From contig CAVOHZ010000010.1 of NCBI GenBank assembly GCA_963695855.1, forward strand, positions 1,216,001 through 1,280,000: DNA of 64,000 nucleotides. Direction: 5' to 3'. Both the position numbers and the translations under genes were made by a program. Each line of letters starts with the position of its first letter. The stretch's first letter is position 1. Below are positions 9,393 through 20,271 of the stretch, piece by piece. The DNA comes from an uncultured Nitrososphaerales archaeon. Lineage in GTDB: Archaea > Thermoproteota > Nitrososphaeria > Nitrososphaerales > Nitrososphaeraceae. The notes below the pieces were generated by a model. That model had not been told where the DNA came from. It searched no databases and was given only the letters and a program-made list of their open reading frames with translations.

Positions 9393-10324
9393 GAACCTAT
9401 CCTAAAAATCGATAGGACTATAGCTCTTCATTTTTATAATCTTTATTTATACTACAATTGAACAAAAGGAAACGTCGAGAACAACAAGTTAAAACAATTA
9501 CACCTATTCCCGATGACCTATGGAATGAAATTAAAAATATTTTACCAGATGAGAAACCAGATAATACAATAGGTTGTCCGATTGTTCCATACAGAAAAGT
9601 ATTTGATGGTATCATGTTTATCCTGAGAACTGGATGTCAATGGAAAATGTACCCAAAGAATATGGTTCTGGTTCAACGTGCCACAGAAGATTTCAAGAAT
9701 GGAGAGAATCAGGTATATTTGATAAATTATGGACCAGATTACTAAAATTATACGATAACGCGAGAGGAATAAAATGGAACTGGCAATCACTTGACAGCAT
9801 ATCAGTAAAATCTCCTTTAGGGGGCGATGACTGGTCATAATCCTACAGATAGGAGTAAATTAGGAAGCAAAAGACATATTTTAACAGAAAGATGGTATTC
9901 CTCTTTCTACTTTTATAACATCAGTCAATACTCACGATGTTACCGTTGCAACAAATACAATTGATAATATTGTTATCAAAAGACCATCATCATCGATAAC
10001 AAAATACAGAAACAACAACAATAACAAGAGGAAGAAGAAAAAGCAGAATCTATGTCTTGATAAAGCATATCATTGCAAAGACCTAGAACAAGAAATTGTC
10101 AAAAGGGGATATATCCATCTCACATATTAGACACAGAAGAGAAGAAAAGAAACTCAACAAGAAACATCCTACAAGAAGATGGGTTGTAGAGAGAACAAAT
10201 TCATGGCATAACAGATTTAGGAAATTATTTACAAGGTATGAAAAGAAGGATGAGAACTAACTGGGTCTTGTACGGTTAGCAAATAGTATAATTGTTTACA
10301 GGAGGATAATTTTGGGATATGCTC
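9393..10324 (+). mobile_element. IS5-family (IS1031-like) element with degraded transposase
   Basis: IPDDLWNEI, GI.F.LRTGCQW, GSTCHRRFQEW, DKAY, RWVVERTNSW; TIRs GAACCTATCCTAAAA / rc GAGCATATCCCAAAA; TTA duplication at 9390-9392 and 10325-10327; frameshifts and stops. Confidence 0.9.
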
Positions 10325-10526
10325 TTAATATCCTTATTGGAAAAATATTGAATTCTTTTCTTGAATTGGACCAAGCAGATATGAATTGCAATTGCATGGG
10401 TTTTACTTTTGATTTAATGAATTAATAGAATTTATATAAATATAATTGTCATTTATCTTACTAAAAGAAGGATTTGGCTAAAACCTTTCAATTTCCTTTT
10501 CTAAATCATTGGTATGATATCCATTA

Positions 10527-10541
10527 TTTCCGATTCGGAAA
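10527..10541. promoter_or_regulatory. operator candidate TTTCCGATTCGGAAA
   Basis: Inverted repeat, same 13-mer at 12941; weaker copy TTCCGAAATGGAA at 10601. Confidence 0.6.
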
Positions 10542-10670
10542 GTCATGATGATGATTATTAAAATAACATATTCATACCATAGAAATATCTCGTATATAGT
10601 TTCCGAAATGGAAAATAAAAACCAAAAATAATTCCGTAGAAAATATTATTGCAAATGGCGTAGTATAGTT

Positions 10671-10994
10671 ATGACTCAATTAAAAAATATAGATCTCTTC
10701 GAACTAGATAGAGTATTAGATGATATTGCAAAAACATATGCTGCACCTTCAGCGACTGTATGGTTTAAAGTAACCAATAATGGTAAACCTTCACAAGAAG
10801 AATATCATGAAAAGGTTATTGAATTTATAAAAAAATTTGAAAATTTGCTAATATCTTGTTTTCCAAATAATGAACATTCAGATTACATGAAAGAGTATAT
10901 TTCAAAAAATATAAGATATGGAATCTCTTCAATTAATGCAGGAAATAACAAGGAAGTAGAAAGGAGGTATCGATATTACGTCGATTACAATTAA
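10671..10994 (+). CDS. hypothetical protein
   Basis: 107-aa ATG ORF, 21 bp from the next gene. Confidence 0.7.
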   Translation: MTQLKNIDLFELDRVLDDIAKTYAAPSATVWFKVTNNGKPSQEEYHEKVIEFIKKFENLLISCFPNNEHSDYMKEYISKNIRYGISSINAGNNKEVERRYRYYVDYN

Positions 10995-11015
10995 CAGGTA
11001 GGATGAATAAAAGAA

Positions 11016-11612
11016 ATGGCTTTAAATTTATATAAACTTGCATATCCTGGAATATTAGCATTAATAGTAGTTGGAACGGTAGGCTTTCTACTTGCATTCA
11101 CTTATTATCCAGAAAAACATGTAAATGTAAATATTGATGGAACATGTTATGAGTTATTAGATACTTCTAATGAAAAACATAAAATTCTGAGCGCAGAAAA
11201 TGAAATCAACGTTAAGCAAATGCAATTAAAAATGATTGAATACGGTGATGCCAGTTTACCAATAATCTTTAGTGGATTTAAAGAAAGTGTAAATGATTTC
11301 ATAAAACATTATAATATTAGAAACATTATATCAATACAAAAAATTTCTGATAATGCAACATTCGATAAATTTATAGTAAATGCAATACTATCAAAGAATG
11401 AGCTTGAGAAAATAGTAAATGATCTGACAGTAAGCGACTTTTATCCAACAATATCCGTAAAAGGAAGTGTAGGATTAGGACCAAATAAATACATTAGTAG
11501 TGAAGAAGGAAAGATAATTTCAGCAGAATCAAAAGATTTTATGCAAAATGGCATCAAAAATATTGTTGAATCTAATGTTGGAATAAAATTAGCCGAATGT
11601 CGAAATATTTAG
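11016..11612 (+). CDS. membrane-anchored hypothetical protein
   Basis: N-terminal hydrophobic helix; AGGA upstream. Confidence 0.75.
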   Translation: MALNLYKLAYPGILALIVVGTVGFLLAFTYYPEKHVNVNIDGTCYELLDTSNEKHKILSAENEINVKQMQLKMIEYGDASLPIIFSGFKESVNDFIKHYNIRNIISIQKISDNATFDKFIVNAILSKNELEKIVNDLTVSDFYPTISVKGSVGLGPNKYISSEEGKIISAESKDFMQNGIKNIVESNVGIKLAECRNI

Positions 11613-11641
11613 CGAAAATGATAATAAATAATCATATAGAT

Positions 11642-11760
11642 AGCTCTGTTAAGTTAAGTAAAAATTACAAATTAAATTGAAAAAACCTACTAAAATTGAG
11701 TGTAGAACATAATAGATAAACAAAACATATCTTATATTTTTTACTTAAATTAACAGAGCC
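11642..11760 (+). mobile_element. 119-bp MITE with IS6-type ends
   Basis: TIR AGCTCTGTTAAGTTAAGTAAAAA / TTTTTACTTAAATTAACAGAGCC; 8-bp duplication ATATAGAT. Confidence 0.9.
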
Positions 11761-11905
11761 ATATAGATTATATAAAATCTAAAATGAATTGTTGATTTAT
11801 TTGTCAATTAATACTTGACTATCGAAAATATTATTTCCTAATTTTTAGCTTTCTTGTGATGGAAATCTTCATAAATCTAAAATATTAAAAATTACTAATT
11901 AAAAG

Positions 11906-12901
11906 TTATTTTATTTGTAAGTATTCTTGAGCATCAAAATGTGTAGATAATTCTATTGATACCTTGTCAGAGAAAACTCCCAATAGTTCAAAATCACCTA
12001 TATCGAGTCTTTTTTTGCTAAACATAGCAAGAACTCCTATTATTTTTCCTTTATGTTTCAAAGGATAGCCTGCAAAAGATTCAAGTTTTTCTTTTTTTGC
12101 CCATTCAGGATATTTTATTCGTGGATCATTTACCACATCATTAGTGATAATCGGCTTACCAGTTTTAGCTATATAACCGATTTTCAAAGAATCAACAGGT
12201 ATTCTTGAGAATTCTCCGATAATATTTTTATACTTTCCGGCACTAAACTTTAGAATTAAATGTTGTTCATCTTTATCCAATAACCAAATCCTTGCAAATT
12301 TTGCATCAAAAAATTTTACTAGTCCATCTACAATTAACTGTAGCTTATCTTGTAAAAATTGTGATCTTTCAACAGATTCAAGAATTTTATAGACAAGTAT
12401 TTTTCTTTCAGTAAGTTTACTATCATTAAGAAAAGTATAGGGGGATAGTTTGAATGTTTTGGTTTCATAAGAACGATAGTCCATAATAATTTCTGCAAAT
12501 CTTTGTAAGAAATTACTGCTTTCAAGTTCGTATTGTTCTACTGTGTCAAAGACAAAATGAAAAATCCAGTCATAGTCTCCGCTTGCTTTTGCCGAAAAAA
12601 CACAAAATGGTGCCTCTTTTGAATAATTAATTAATCCATTAATTAAATTAGTTGAAAGTGATGTATATTTGAATTTTAATAAAATAGTACGATTTACTTT
12701 TTGTGATATTAGCTCAGGATTAATAATAGCACAATATCCTAATATCACATTTCTATTCTCTAACCTTTTCAATCTCTGTCTTATTGCTCGGTCTGTTATC
12801 TTGTAATCCATTTCATGAAGGATATGCGCTATCTGATATGCGGAAATTCGAGCGTTTTTTCCTAGTTCATGAAGGATAACCTTATCGATTTCATCTATCA
12901 A
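11906..12901 (-). CDS. Lrp/AsnC-family regulator fused to a C-terminal GAF domain
   Basis: DEIDKVIL.EL.KNAR.S...IA HTH, RAM domain, then G.IA.TGKP...NDV.NDPR...SFAGYPL...IGVLAMF. Confidence 0.9.
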   Translation of the reverse strand: MIDEIDKVILHELGKNARISAYQIAHILHEMDYKITDRAIRQRLKRLENRNVILGYCAIINPELISQKVNRTILLKFKYTSLSTNLINGLINYSKEAPFCVFSAKASGDYDWIFHFVFDTVEQYELESSNFLQRFAEIIMDYRSYETKTFKLSPYTFLNDSKLTERKILVYKILESVERSQFLQDKLQLIVDGLVKFFDAKFARIWLLDKDEQHLILKFSAGKYKNIIGEFSRIPVDSLKIGYIAKTGKPIITNDVVNDPRIKYPEWAKKEKLESFAGYPLKHKGKIIGVLAMFSKKRLDIGDFELLGVFSDKVSIELSTHFDAQEYLQIK

Positions 12902-12940
12902 GCAAATCTATATCTGTTGTATTTTTTACTTATACAAATA

Positions 12941-12953
12941 TTCCGATTCGGAA
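12941..12953. promoter_or_regulatory. operator candidate TTCCGATTCGGAA
   Basis: 40 bp upstream of the Lrp-GAF start, next to a TATA-like element; identical to 10528-10540. Confidence 0.6.
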
Positions 12954-13136
12954 ATAATTATAATATTGTAAAAACTGTCACAGTAATTTTCTTCCGCTTT
13001 ATAGCAAACATACTTACTTTTCGTTCCCTTTTGTAGATCGTTGTTTTTTGTTGCTTTATAAATAAATAAATAAATTCTAATACAATATAGCAATAGAAGA
13101 GAAATAGTAATAAGAGAAGGTAACCAAAATAACCTA

Positions 13137-13691
13137 ATGAAAAAAATATCTGAAAAGAATACAGTAACAAGCTCTTTTATGATTGCCTATCTGGTGATCG
13201 CTAGTGGTGGATTATTGTTGTTATTTTCGTCAAATGTAGGTCTAGTAATGGGAATTCCTCCTGGTGTAGTACAAGGAGACTATTTGTTTGGAAGAACAGT
13301 AGGTATTGTAGAAGACGAAAATGGAAAACCATCATGGATTATATCTGGAACGTGGAAAACTAATTTATCAAATCAAAGTCAAGTTACAGACAATTCAACT
13401 GTTTTTGATGCATCTTTTGAAATGATAAAACCTGATGGAACAGGAAAACATACACATACTCTTACCAATTATATCTTAACCGATGTTTCAAATCCAAATA
13501 ATAACAGCACAATATTTAATGGAACAGCAACAATCAGTATGAAGGAAGCACCAATTACTGAAGTTCCTGTAAGTATTAAAGTAATGAATAATAATCTTGG
13601 TGTTATATCCATCGATCCAAAAAAGACAGATAATCACTTTGGCACTAATCCAGTATATGGCATTCCTTTAGAAGAAAGTGAATATAAATAA
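13137..13691 (+). CDS. secreted or membrane-anchored hypothetical protein (Nitrososphaeraceae family)
   Basis: Hydrophobic N-terminus; WI.SG.W, F.M.K.DG...H.H and NHFG..P.YG motifs. Confidence 0.75.
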   Translation: MKKISEKNTVTSSFMIAYLVIASGGLLLLFSSNVGLVMGIPPGVVQGDYLFGRTVGIVEDENGKPSWIISGTWKTNLSNQSQVTDNSTVFDASFEMIKPDGTGKHTHTLTNYILTDVSNPNNNSTIFNGTATISMKEAPITEVPVSIKVMNNNLGVISIDPKKTDNHFGTNPVYGIPLEESEYK

Positions 13692-13811
13692 AAGAAATCC
13701 TAGCGAATCTAGCAATTAATTTTATTTTATTTTTTATCAGCAAAAGTATTTTATCGAAAAAATTACAAGTTTATAGGTATAGTTAATATACTATTAATTT
13801 GTTATAAGTTT

Positions 13812-14783
13812 ATGAATTTTAAAAATACCTTTTTTTTTAGCAGTATGCTGGTTTTATTGTCACTATTGATTTTTTTGAATAGTATGACATTCAATTCCTC
13901 ATTTGCAGCAACAGAATATGAACAGAAAATGAAATGGGGAGCAAAAGGTGTTGCTATTGGTCAATTTAATCAGGCAGGTGGAATTGCTGCTGACTCTGAA
14001 AATAATATTTATATTGCCGATTTTACTGGTCGTTCAAATATGATTCAGAAATTTACAGATAACGGAACCTTTATCCTTGGTTTTGGTATATTAGGTAATG
14101 GTCCCCAATATTTTACTAATCCTGCTGGTATAGCTGCTGACTCTGAAAATAATATTTATGTTTCTGATTTTGGAAATCCTAATTATGCTATTAAAAAATT
14201 CAGCAATGATGGAAAATTCATTACTTCATTTGGATCATTTGGCCTTGGAGATGGAGAATTTATTAGCCCTGGTGGATTAGCTGTAGATAAAGAAAATAAT
14301 ATTTATGCTACTGATTTCGGAGAAAATAATAATGTACAAAAATTTGACCAAAATGGTAATTTTATAATGAAATTTGGTACTTATGGAACTGGAGATGGGC
14401 GATTCTTAAATCCAACAGATGTAGCGACAGATTCACTTGGAAATATATTTGTTGTAGATTCTTCTAACAATCGTGTACAAAAATTTGACCAAAATGGTAA
14501 TTTTATAATGAAATTTGGTAAACTAGGTAATGGTGATGGAGAATTCAATTCTCCTATAGAATTAGCAATTGATTCATCTGATAATATCTTTGTCGTTGAT
14601 AATGATAACAATCGTGTACAGATATTCAATAGAGATGGAGGATATATTACTCAATTCGGAAATCAAGGTACTGCATCTGACAGAATTCAAGATCCAATTG
14701 GTATCACACTAGATTCTTCTGGTAATGCATATGTAGCTGATGGAACGGATAGTGATATACATGTATTCAGTCCAGTAAAATAA
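13812..14783 (+). CDS. secreted NHL-repeat beta-propeller protein
   Basis: Signal peptide plus six F..P.GIA.D...NIYV.D..N.RVQKF repeats. Confidence 0.92.
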   Translation: MNFKNTFFFSSMLVLLSLLIFLNSMTFNSSFAATEYEQKMKWGAKGVAIGQFNQAGGIAADSENNIYIADFTGRSNMIQKFTDNGTFILGFGILGNGPQYFTNPAGIAADSENNIYVSDFGNPNYAIKKFSNDGKFITSFGSFGLGDGEFISPGGLAVDKENNIYATDFGENNNVQKFDQNGNFIMKFGTYGTGDGRFLNPTDVATDSLGNIFVVDSSNNRVQKFDQNGNFIMKFGKLGNGDGEFNSPIELAIDSSDNIFVVDNDNNRVQIFNRDGGYITQFGNQGTASDRIQDPIGITLDSSGNAYVADGTDSDIHVFSPVK

Positions 14784-14862
14784 TATTCAATACAAATTTT
14801 TTTACATTTAATACATACATTAATTATTTTTCCTTAAATGTGCCATAATCTTCTATATAATA

Positions 14863-15786
14863 ATGATTAATCTAAAATTAAAGATAGATCATGTACATCT
14901 TAAAGTATCAGATTTAGAAAAATCTCTTGAATTTTACCAGTCAATCCTTGGATTTAAAATAGTAAGACGAGAATCTAAGACTGCATTTCTTTCATCAGAT
15001 ATCAAAAACTCATCTTTTTTTTTGATTGCACTTACAGAAGTAAATAATGCTCTCAAAGCTCAAAGGAAACAGAGAGTAGCAGGATTATATCATTTTGCGA
15101 TTTTATTACCAGAAAGAAGATATTTATCATATTTTCTTAAACATATACAAAAAAATCTTAATACTGAATATTATGAAGGTATGGCAGATCATGCCGTATC
15201 AGAATCCATTTACATACATGACCCTGATTTTAATGGAATTGAAGTTTATAGAGATAGAGCTCCCTCGGAATGGAAATGGAACAATCATACAGTACATATG
15301 GTTACTGAACCATTAGATGTACAAGGTCTACTGAAAGAATCGATTGATATGGATAATGAATGGAATGAACTTCCTCCCAAGACATCTATAGGTCATGTTC
15401 ATTTGCATGTGTCTAATCTTGCTAAAGCAAAAAAATTCTATCAAGAGATTTTGGGTCTAAATCATACTGCTACTTTTCCGGGCGTAAATTTCTTTGCTGC
15501 AAATAGGTATCATCATCATGTTGCTACCAACACATGGCTTGGAAAAAACATTTCTTCTGCAATTGATAATAGTAGACCAGGATTAGATCATTATGCAATA
15601 AATTTACATAGTCAAAATGATTTATTTTTACTAAAGAATCATCTTTTAGAATTTAAAATAGTTATTGACGAAGAACAACTAATTGAAAATGATAATAAAT
15701 ACTCTTCATCGTTCTACGCTTATGATTTTGATGGAATAAAAATACAATTTTTGTATACTAATCCCACAAAAAAAACGATAAATTAA
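14863..15786 (+). CDS. VOC-family protein, CatE-like catechol 2,3-dioxygenase
   Basis: HVHL.VSDL, GLYHFAILLP, DHAVSESIY..DPD.NGIEVYRDR, YHHH.A.NTW. Confidence 0.85.
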   Translation: MINLKLKIDHVHLKVSDLEKSLEFYQSILGFKIVRRESKTAFLSSDIKNSSFFLIALTEVNNALKAQRKQRVAGLYHFAILLPERRYLSYFLKHIQKNLNTEYYEGMADHAVSESIYIHDPDFNGIEVYRDRAPSEWKWNNHTVHMVTEPLDVQGLLKESIDMDNEWNELPPKTSIGHVHLHVSNLAKAKKFYQEILGLNHTATFPGVNFFAANRYHHHVATNTWLGKNISSAIDNSRPGLDHYAINLHSQNDLFLLKNHLLEFKIVIDEEQLIENDNKYSSSFYAYDFDGIKIQFLYTNPTKKTIN

Positions 15787-16005
15787 AGTAACAATACAAT
15801 ATTAGAAAAAATCATTCAACGTAATAATCAATATGTTTCATACATATTTTCATTTGGGATTTTATATTTAGTATTCTTAGTCTTTTCAATATATATGAAA
15901 TATCATGTATGAATATTTTTTTGTAAAAACATTTCATTGTTATTTCAATAAAATTTTTAAGACACAAATTCTGATTGATATTATTTTTTTATTTATTTCT
16001 TTTTA

Positions 16006-16506
16006 TTATGTAGCCTCTTTTTTTGACATTGTTGTACAGAAATCCTCAGCTGCTTTTTTAATTTCCTCTGAGGAAAGATCTTTCTTATGAGTTGCTATTG
16101 ACCACTGATATCCAAAAGGATCTTTTAGTGAACCAACACGATCTCCCCAGAATGCATCGTTGATTGGTTGAATTATGGTAGCACCAGCAGATACAGCTTG
16201 ATTGAAAGTCGAATCAACATCATTGACGTATACATAAAGCCAAACTGGATTTCCTCCTACAGATTGAGGTGAAAAAGATTTCATTTCTTTGGATTCTTCA
16301 GAAAGCATAATAGCAGAATCTCCAATTCTAATTTCTGCATGCATTATAGTCTTATTATCAGGTCCATACATTCGATGACGTTCTTCTGCGTTGAATGATT
16401 TTTTATAAAATTCTATCGCACGTTCTGCATCTTTTATTATTATGTAAGGTGTAATAGTATGGTAATCATCTGGTACTGGCTTTACATTATCTGTCATATT
16501 TGTCAT
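16006..16506 (-). CDS. VOC/glyoxalase protein, PhnB-like
   Basis: TPY....A..AIEFYK..F.A, MHAEI.IGDS, FWGDR.G...DPFG..W. Confidence 0.9.
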   Translation of the reverse strand: MTNMTDNVKPVPDDYHTITPYIIIKDAERAIEFYKKSFNAEERHRMYGPDNKTIMHAEIRIGDSAIMLSEESKEMKSFSPQSVGGNPVWLYVYVNDVDSTFNQAVSAGATIIQPINDAFWGDRVGSLKDPFGYQWSIATHKKDLSSEEIKKAAEDFCTTMSKKEAT

Positions 16507-16814
16507 AATCTGTGTTCCTTAAATTTATAAATTTGCTTATTAGATCATATAGAAAATGATCAAAAATATCAAAAAGCCAATTTTAGTACGTCACTTAATC
16601 ACATTCATTTTGAAAGAATAAATTTTTTATTTTCTTTGAACCAAGTATCTCTTACAAGCTATATCCAAATATATGGAACGGTGAGAAAGAGACGAAATCT
16701 AATCAAATTTGTTTTGGATAGGAAGTGATTATACTATAGATCTAAAAACTATATACATTTTCGGAATAAGGTTATACATATTTATTAAATACCTGCAAAT
16801 ATATTTTTCAGAAC

Positions 16815-17849
16815 GTGCTACAACAAGTCGACAATATAAAGATTACAATTTTGATGGATAATATAACTGATAGATTGTTACCCAGCTCACAAGTAGTAGA
16901 ACGATCGCCAATGATAAGCAATCAAAAATTTAACAAACCGCCAATTGCAGAACATGGTTTTTCGGCACTGTTAGAAATAATATATATATACAAAAATAAG
17001 AAACTAATCAATAAATTTCTTTTTGATACTGGAGTTAGTGAAAATGGTGTTATTTACAATTCAGATATCTTTGGTATAAACTTTGAAGATATTGAAACTA
17101 TAGTATTAAGTCATGGACATTTTGATCATTTTATAGGACTTGTAAGTGTTTTAAAGAGAATTAACAAACCAACAAAAATTATAATGCATCCAGATGCATT
17201 ACTTAAACGATGGATTGTATTTCCTAATGGCAATAAAGCAAAAATGGATTCCTTAAATGAACAAACAATAAGGGACGTCAACGGCATAATAATGAAAAGA
17301 AGTGGACTAAATTATTTGCCATATGAAAAGAAAATTATGAATAATAATGAAGAAGATTATGGAGATAATAACAATCATTATAATAATGGGAATAGAAGAA
17401 TATTAATAACCGGAGAAATACCACGAATTACAACTTTTGAGAAAGGATTTCCATTACAATACAAAGAAGCTGCAGATGAAAGTAATCTTCTTATTCCAGA
17501 TCCCCTTGTTAAAGATGACCAGGCCCTGGTAATGAATCTAAAGAATAAGGGCTTAGTTATACTGAGCGGTTGCGGTCATGCTGGAATAATAAATACTATA
17601 AAATATGCCACTAAAGTTACAGGGGTTAGAAAAATTTTTGCAGTTATAGGTGGATTTCATCTAACAGGGGAAGGGTATGAGCATGCAATTTCCTTGACAA
17701 TAAACGAACTTAAAACAATTGATCCAAAGTATATTATTCCGTGTCACTGTACCGGCTGGAAGGCTTCTAATGAAATAATTAAAGAGATGCCACAAAAGTA
17801 TATACAAACAAGTGTTGGATCTACATTTGTTTTTAATTCACTCGAATAA
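16815..17849 (+). CDS. MBL-fold metallohydrolase
   Basis: AEHGFS, FDTG, SHGHFDH, GCGHAG, GGFHL, PCHCTG. Confidence 0.9.
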   Translation: MLQQVDNIKITILMDNITDRLLPSSQVVERSPMISNQKFNKPPIAEHGFSALLEIIYIYKNKKLINKFLFDTGVSENGVIYNSDIFGINFEDIETIVLSHGHFDHFIGLVSVLKRINKPTKIIMHPDALLKRWIVFPNGNKAKMDSLNEQTIRDVNGIIMKRSGLNYLPYEKKIMNNNEEDYGDNNNHYNNGNRRILITGEIPRITTFEKGFPLQYKEAADESNLLIPDPLVKDDQALVMNLKNKGLVILSGCGHAGIINTIKYATKVTGVRKIFAVIGGFHLTGEGYEHAISLTINELKTIDPKYIIPCHCTGWKASNEIIKEMPQKYIQTSVGSTFVFNSLE

Positions 17850-18235
17850 AACATTCTTCATATTTTCTAATATTACCTTTGTCATCTGCTATCTGATTTT
17901 TATTGCTTTTATGTTGTTTATGGGGTTAATCTTTCATATTCTTTCTACTCAATACTCTTATTGCCTAACTCAATCTATAAGATTTGGCAAAAAAACGATC
18001 TGCTCCTTTAACATAAATTTTGGTGGGATTACATTCAAAAACTAGATAAATCTATTAGTCTAGCGATATTCCTTCTTATGAGATCCCTTGTGGCTGCTCC
18101 TGACTGATTTCATTTTGTACCTAAACATTAATTACTACTCTTTTTCTTGATGATTATTCAGAATGATTAAATACTACAAGATCACGTAATGTTCCTTCTA
18201 AGCTCAGATATATTAAATTCATATTTAATTTTGCA

Positions 18236-18853
18236 ATGAGCAATCAAAAGATAGTTCTGGCTTCTATCACAGTGATGGTAGCCGCAGGTTTATTGGCTCT
18301 AAACCCGTCAATGATAGGAAATGTACAAGCCCAAATGTACGACAATAACTACGGATACGACAATAACTACGGATACGACAATAACTACGGATACGACAAT
18401 AACTACGGATACGACAATAACTACGGATACGACAATAACTACGGATACGACAATAACTACGGATACGACAATAACTACGGATACGACAATAACTACGGAT
18501 ACGACAATAACTACGGATACGACAATAACTATTACCAAGACGATAATAGATATAGTCATGATAAAAAGGATCCAAAGAGCTCTCTTGTAGATATCCAGAA
18601 AATAAAGTGTGTTAACAGTAACGTCAATGTCAACGGTATAGATATTACAAAGATAGAAGATCCGACCACATTGGGAGCAACAAATGACTTGGCTGCCAAT
18701 GAAGCAGACGGTCCAGATGGAACAAATACACAAAACGGTAACGGTGGTGGAGATAGAATAAACTTCGACAGGAACCTCGTAAATATATGTGTCAACCTCA
18801 ACTTTAACAACCAAGAAAAAGTACCTTTTGATGTTGATAGCCTATTAGGCTAA
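18236..18853 (+). CDS. secreted protein with YDNNYG repeats
   Basis: Signal peptide, repeat tract, KIKCVNSN.N.NG and VNIC.N.N motifs. Confidence 0.85.
   Translation: MSNQKIVLASITVMVAAGLLALNPSMIGNVQAQMYDNNYGYDNNYGYDNNYGYDNNYGYDNNYGYDNNYGYDNNYGYDNNYGYDNNYGYDNNYGYDNNYYQDDNRYSHDKKDPKSSLVDIQKIKCVNSNVNVNGIDITKIEDPTTLGATNDLAANEADGPDGTNTQNGNGGGDRINFDRNLVNICVNLNFNNQEKVPFDVDSLLG
18338..18532 (+). repeat. coding 18-bp VNTR TACGACAATAACTACGGA, 10 full copies plus 1 partial
   Basis: Perfect tandem copies read directly. Confidence 0.95.
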
Positions 18854-19050
18854 ATTTATCTACCCTTCTTTTTTTTATTTGAATTATTAATTATTTTGAT
18901 ATTCTAGCGATAATATTATCAGATCTCATATTTTACCTAAACATCATTTTGTATCCTTGTTACTATAGTTGATTAGGAATCTTGAAATAATAAGTTTGCA
19001 TATAACGATCCTTCAAAGGTTAGAAATATTTTAATCATATGTTACGACCC

Positions 19051-19730
19051 ATGATCAATCTTAAAGTAGTGTTAGGCCTTTTATTGGTATTGATATTTAT
19101 TGCAGGTCTATTGATTCTAACCCCATCAATTATAGGAAATGTACAGGCACAAATTTATGGCTACCAGCATGAAAATGATCACTATAAGGTTTATACAGAT
19201 TCAAATCTTCTGATCTAAACCTTCAGAATATAAAATGTGTAAGTAGCAACGTCAATGTAAACGGTGTAGATATTAACCAGATACCTAAAGACGGTACTGC
19301 TACTACCGCAGAACCAAATGAAGTAGGAGAAGATCCAGATGGTAGAAATACACAGAATGGTGACAGAATTGGAGATAGAATAAACTTCGACAGGAACCTC
19401 GTAAATATATGTATCAATTCTAACCAGAACGAACAGGTAAAAATTAATGCTGATGAATAAAATGAAGAGCAAACATGTAAAGACTGTTTTTCGATTCTAA
19501 GTTATGAACAAATCCAAGGTATAAAGGCCGGTCTTTCAGATCAGTCTGAAGGTAAAGTAACAACAATTGAAGAATTTTGCGAACAACTAAGCAATAATGC
19601 TATTTCCAATGAAGATAAATTATCTGGTTTTGAGACTATACTAACATTAGCCGACATACCTCTTTATACTCAACAATCCATACTAAAATGCCTGGAAGGT
19701 TTGGGAATAATTGAAATACCATCAGTATAA
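19051..19730 (+). pseudogene. paralog of 18236..18853 with a frameshift and a stop
   Basis: PSIIGNVQAQ, IKCVSSNVNVNG and DRINFDRNLVNIC shared; frameshift near 19200, stop near 19458; extra Cys-containing C-terminal region. Confidence 0.85.
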
Positions 19731-19979
19731 AATTAAATTTTATCTTTCTTTTGCTATTTTTTAGTCATGGTTACTTCGTAATCCAATCAACATTTTACAT
19801 TAATATTGGAATGATGTTTTTCCCATTCTTCCTTGCCGAGTGTTTCGGAAGAGAGGCGCATAGGTCTCCTTCGCTGTTTTAGACAATGTTAATATGGTTA
19901 CTTCAAATCGTCCTTGTGTAAATATATCAACTCTTAATGTTTTCTAACATATTTAACAAGATGGTAAAAAACGTTATTG

Positions 19980-20037
19980 AACCCTACTAATATACGTGGC
20001 ACAGAGGATAGTCAACTAATTTTGACCCAATTTGAGT
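19980..20037 (+). repeat. att-like dispersed repeat, family 1, site A
   Basis: atacgtggcacagaggataGTCAActaattTTGACccaatttgagt. Confidence 0.8.
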
Positions 20038-20271
20038 TTTAAAACAAGAAATAAGTGCAGTTGATAATCATACTCAAAATAAAACTATTGATCTAAATGT
20101 CGCTATGATTAAATGGTTAGCTAAATGTGTTAGGAATGCAAGTTACACAACATGGCAATATAATCAATAGATCCAGAATTTGAAATTCCGAATTCTTTTC
20201 TGTACTAATTTTCTAGAAACTTTGATTAGAAAGTATATTAAAAACAAACTTTAATAAATAATTTAGGGAAG

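Noticed and set aside
9634-9840. Programmed frameshift giving an active IS5 transposase
   Set aside because: Several frameshifts and a premature stop near 10258 indicate decay
18267-18814. Alternative-frame and antisense ORFs with RIRSYC, VVIVVS or TTITTD repeats
   Set aside because: Shadows of the 18-bp VNTR; only the YDNNYG frame has a signal peptide and a paralog
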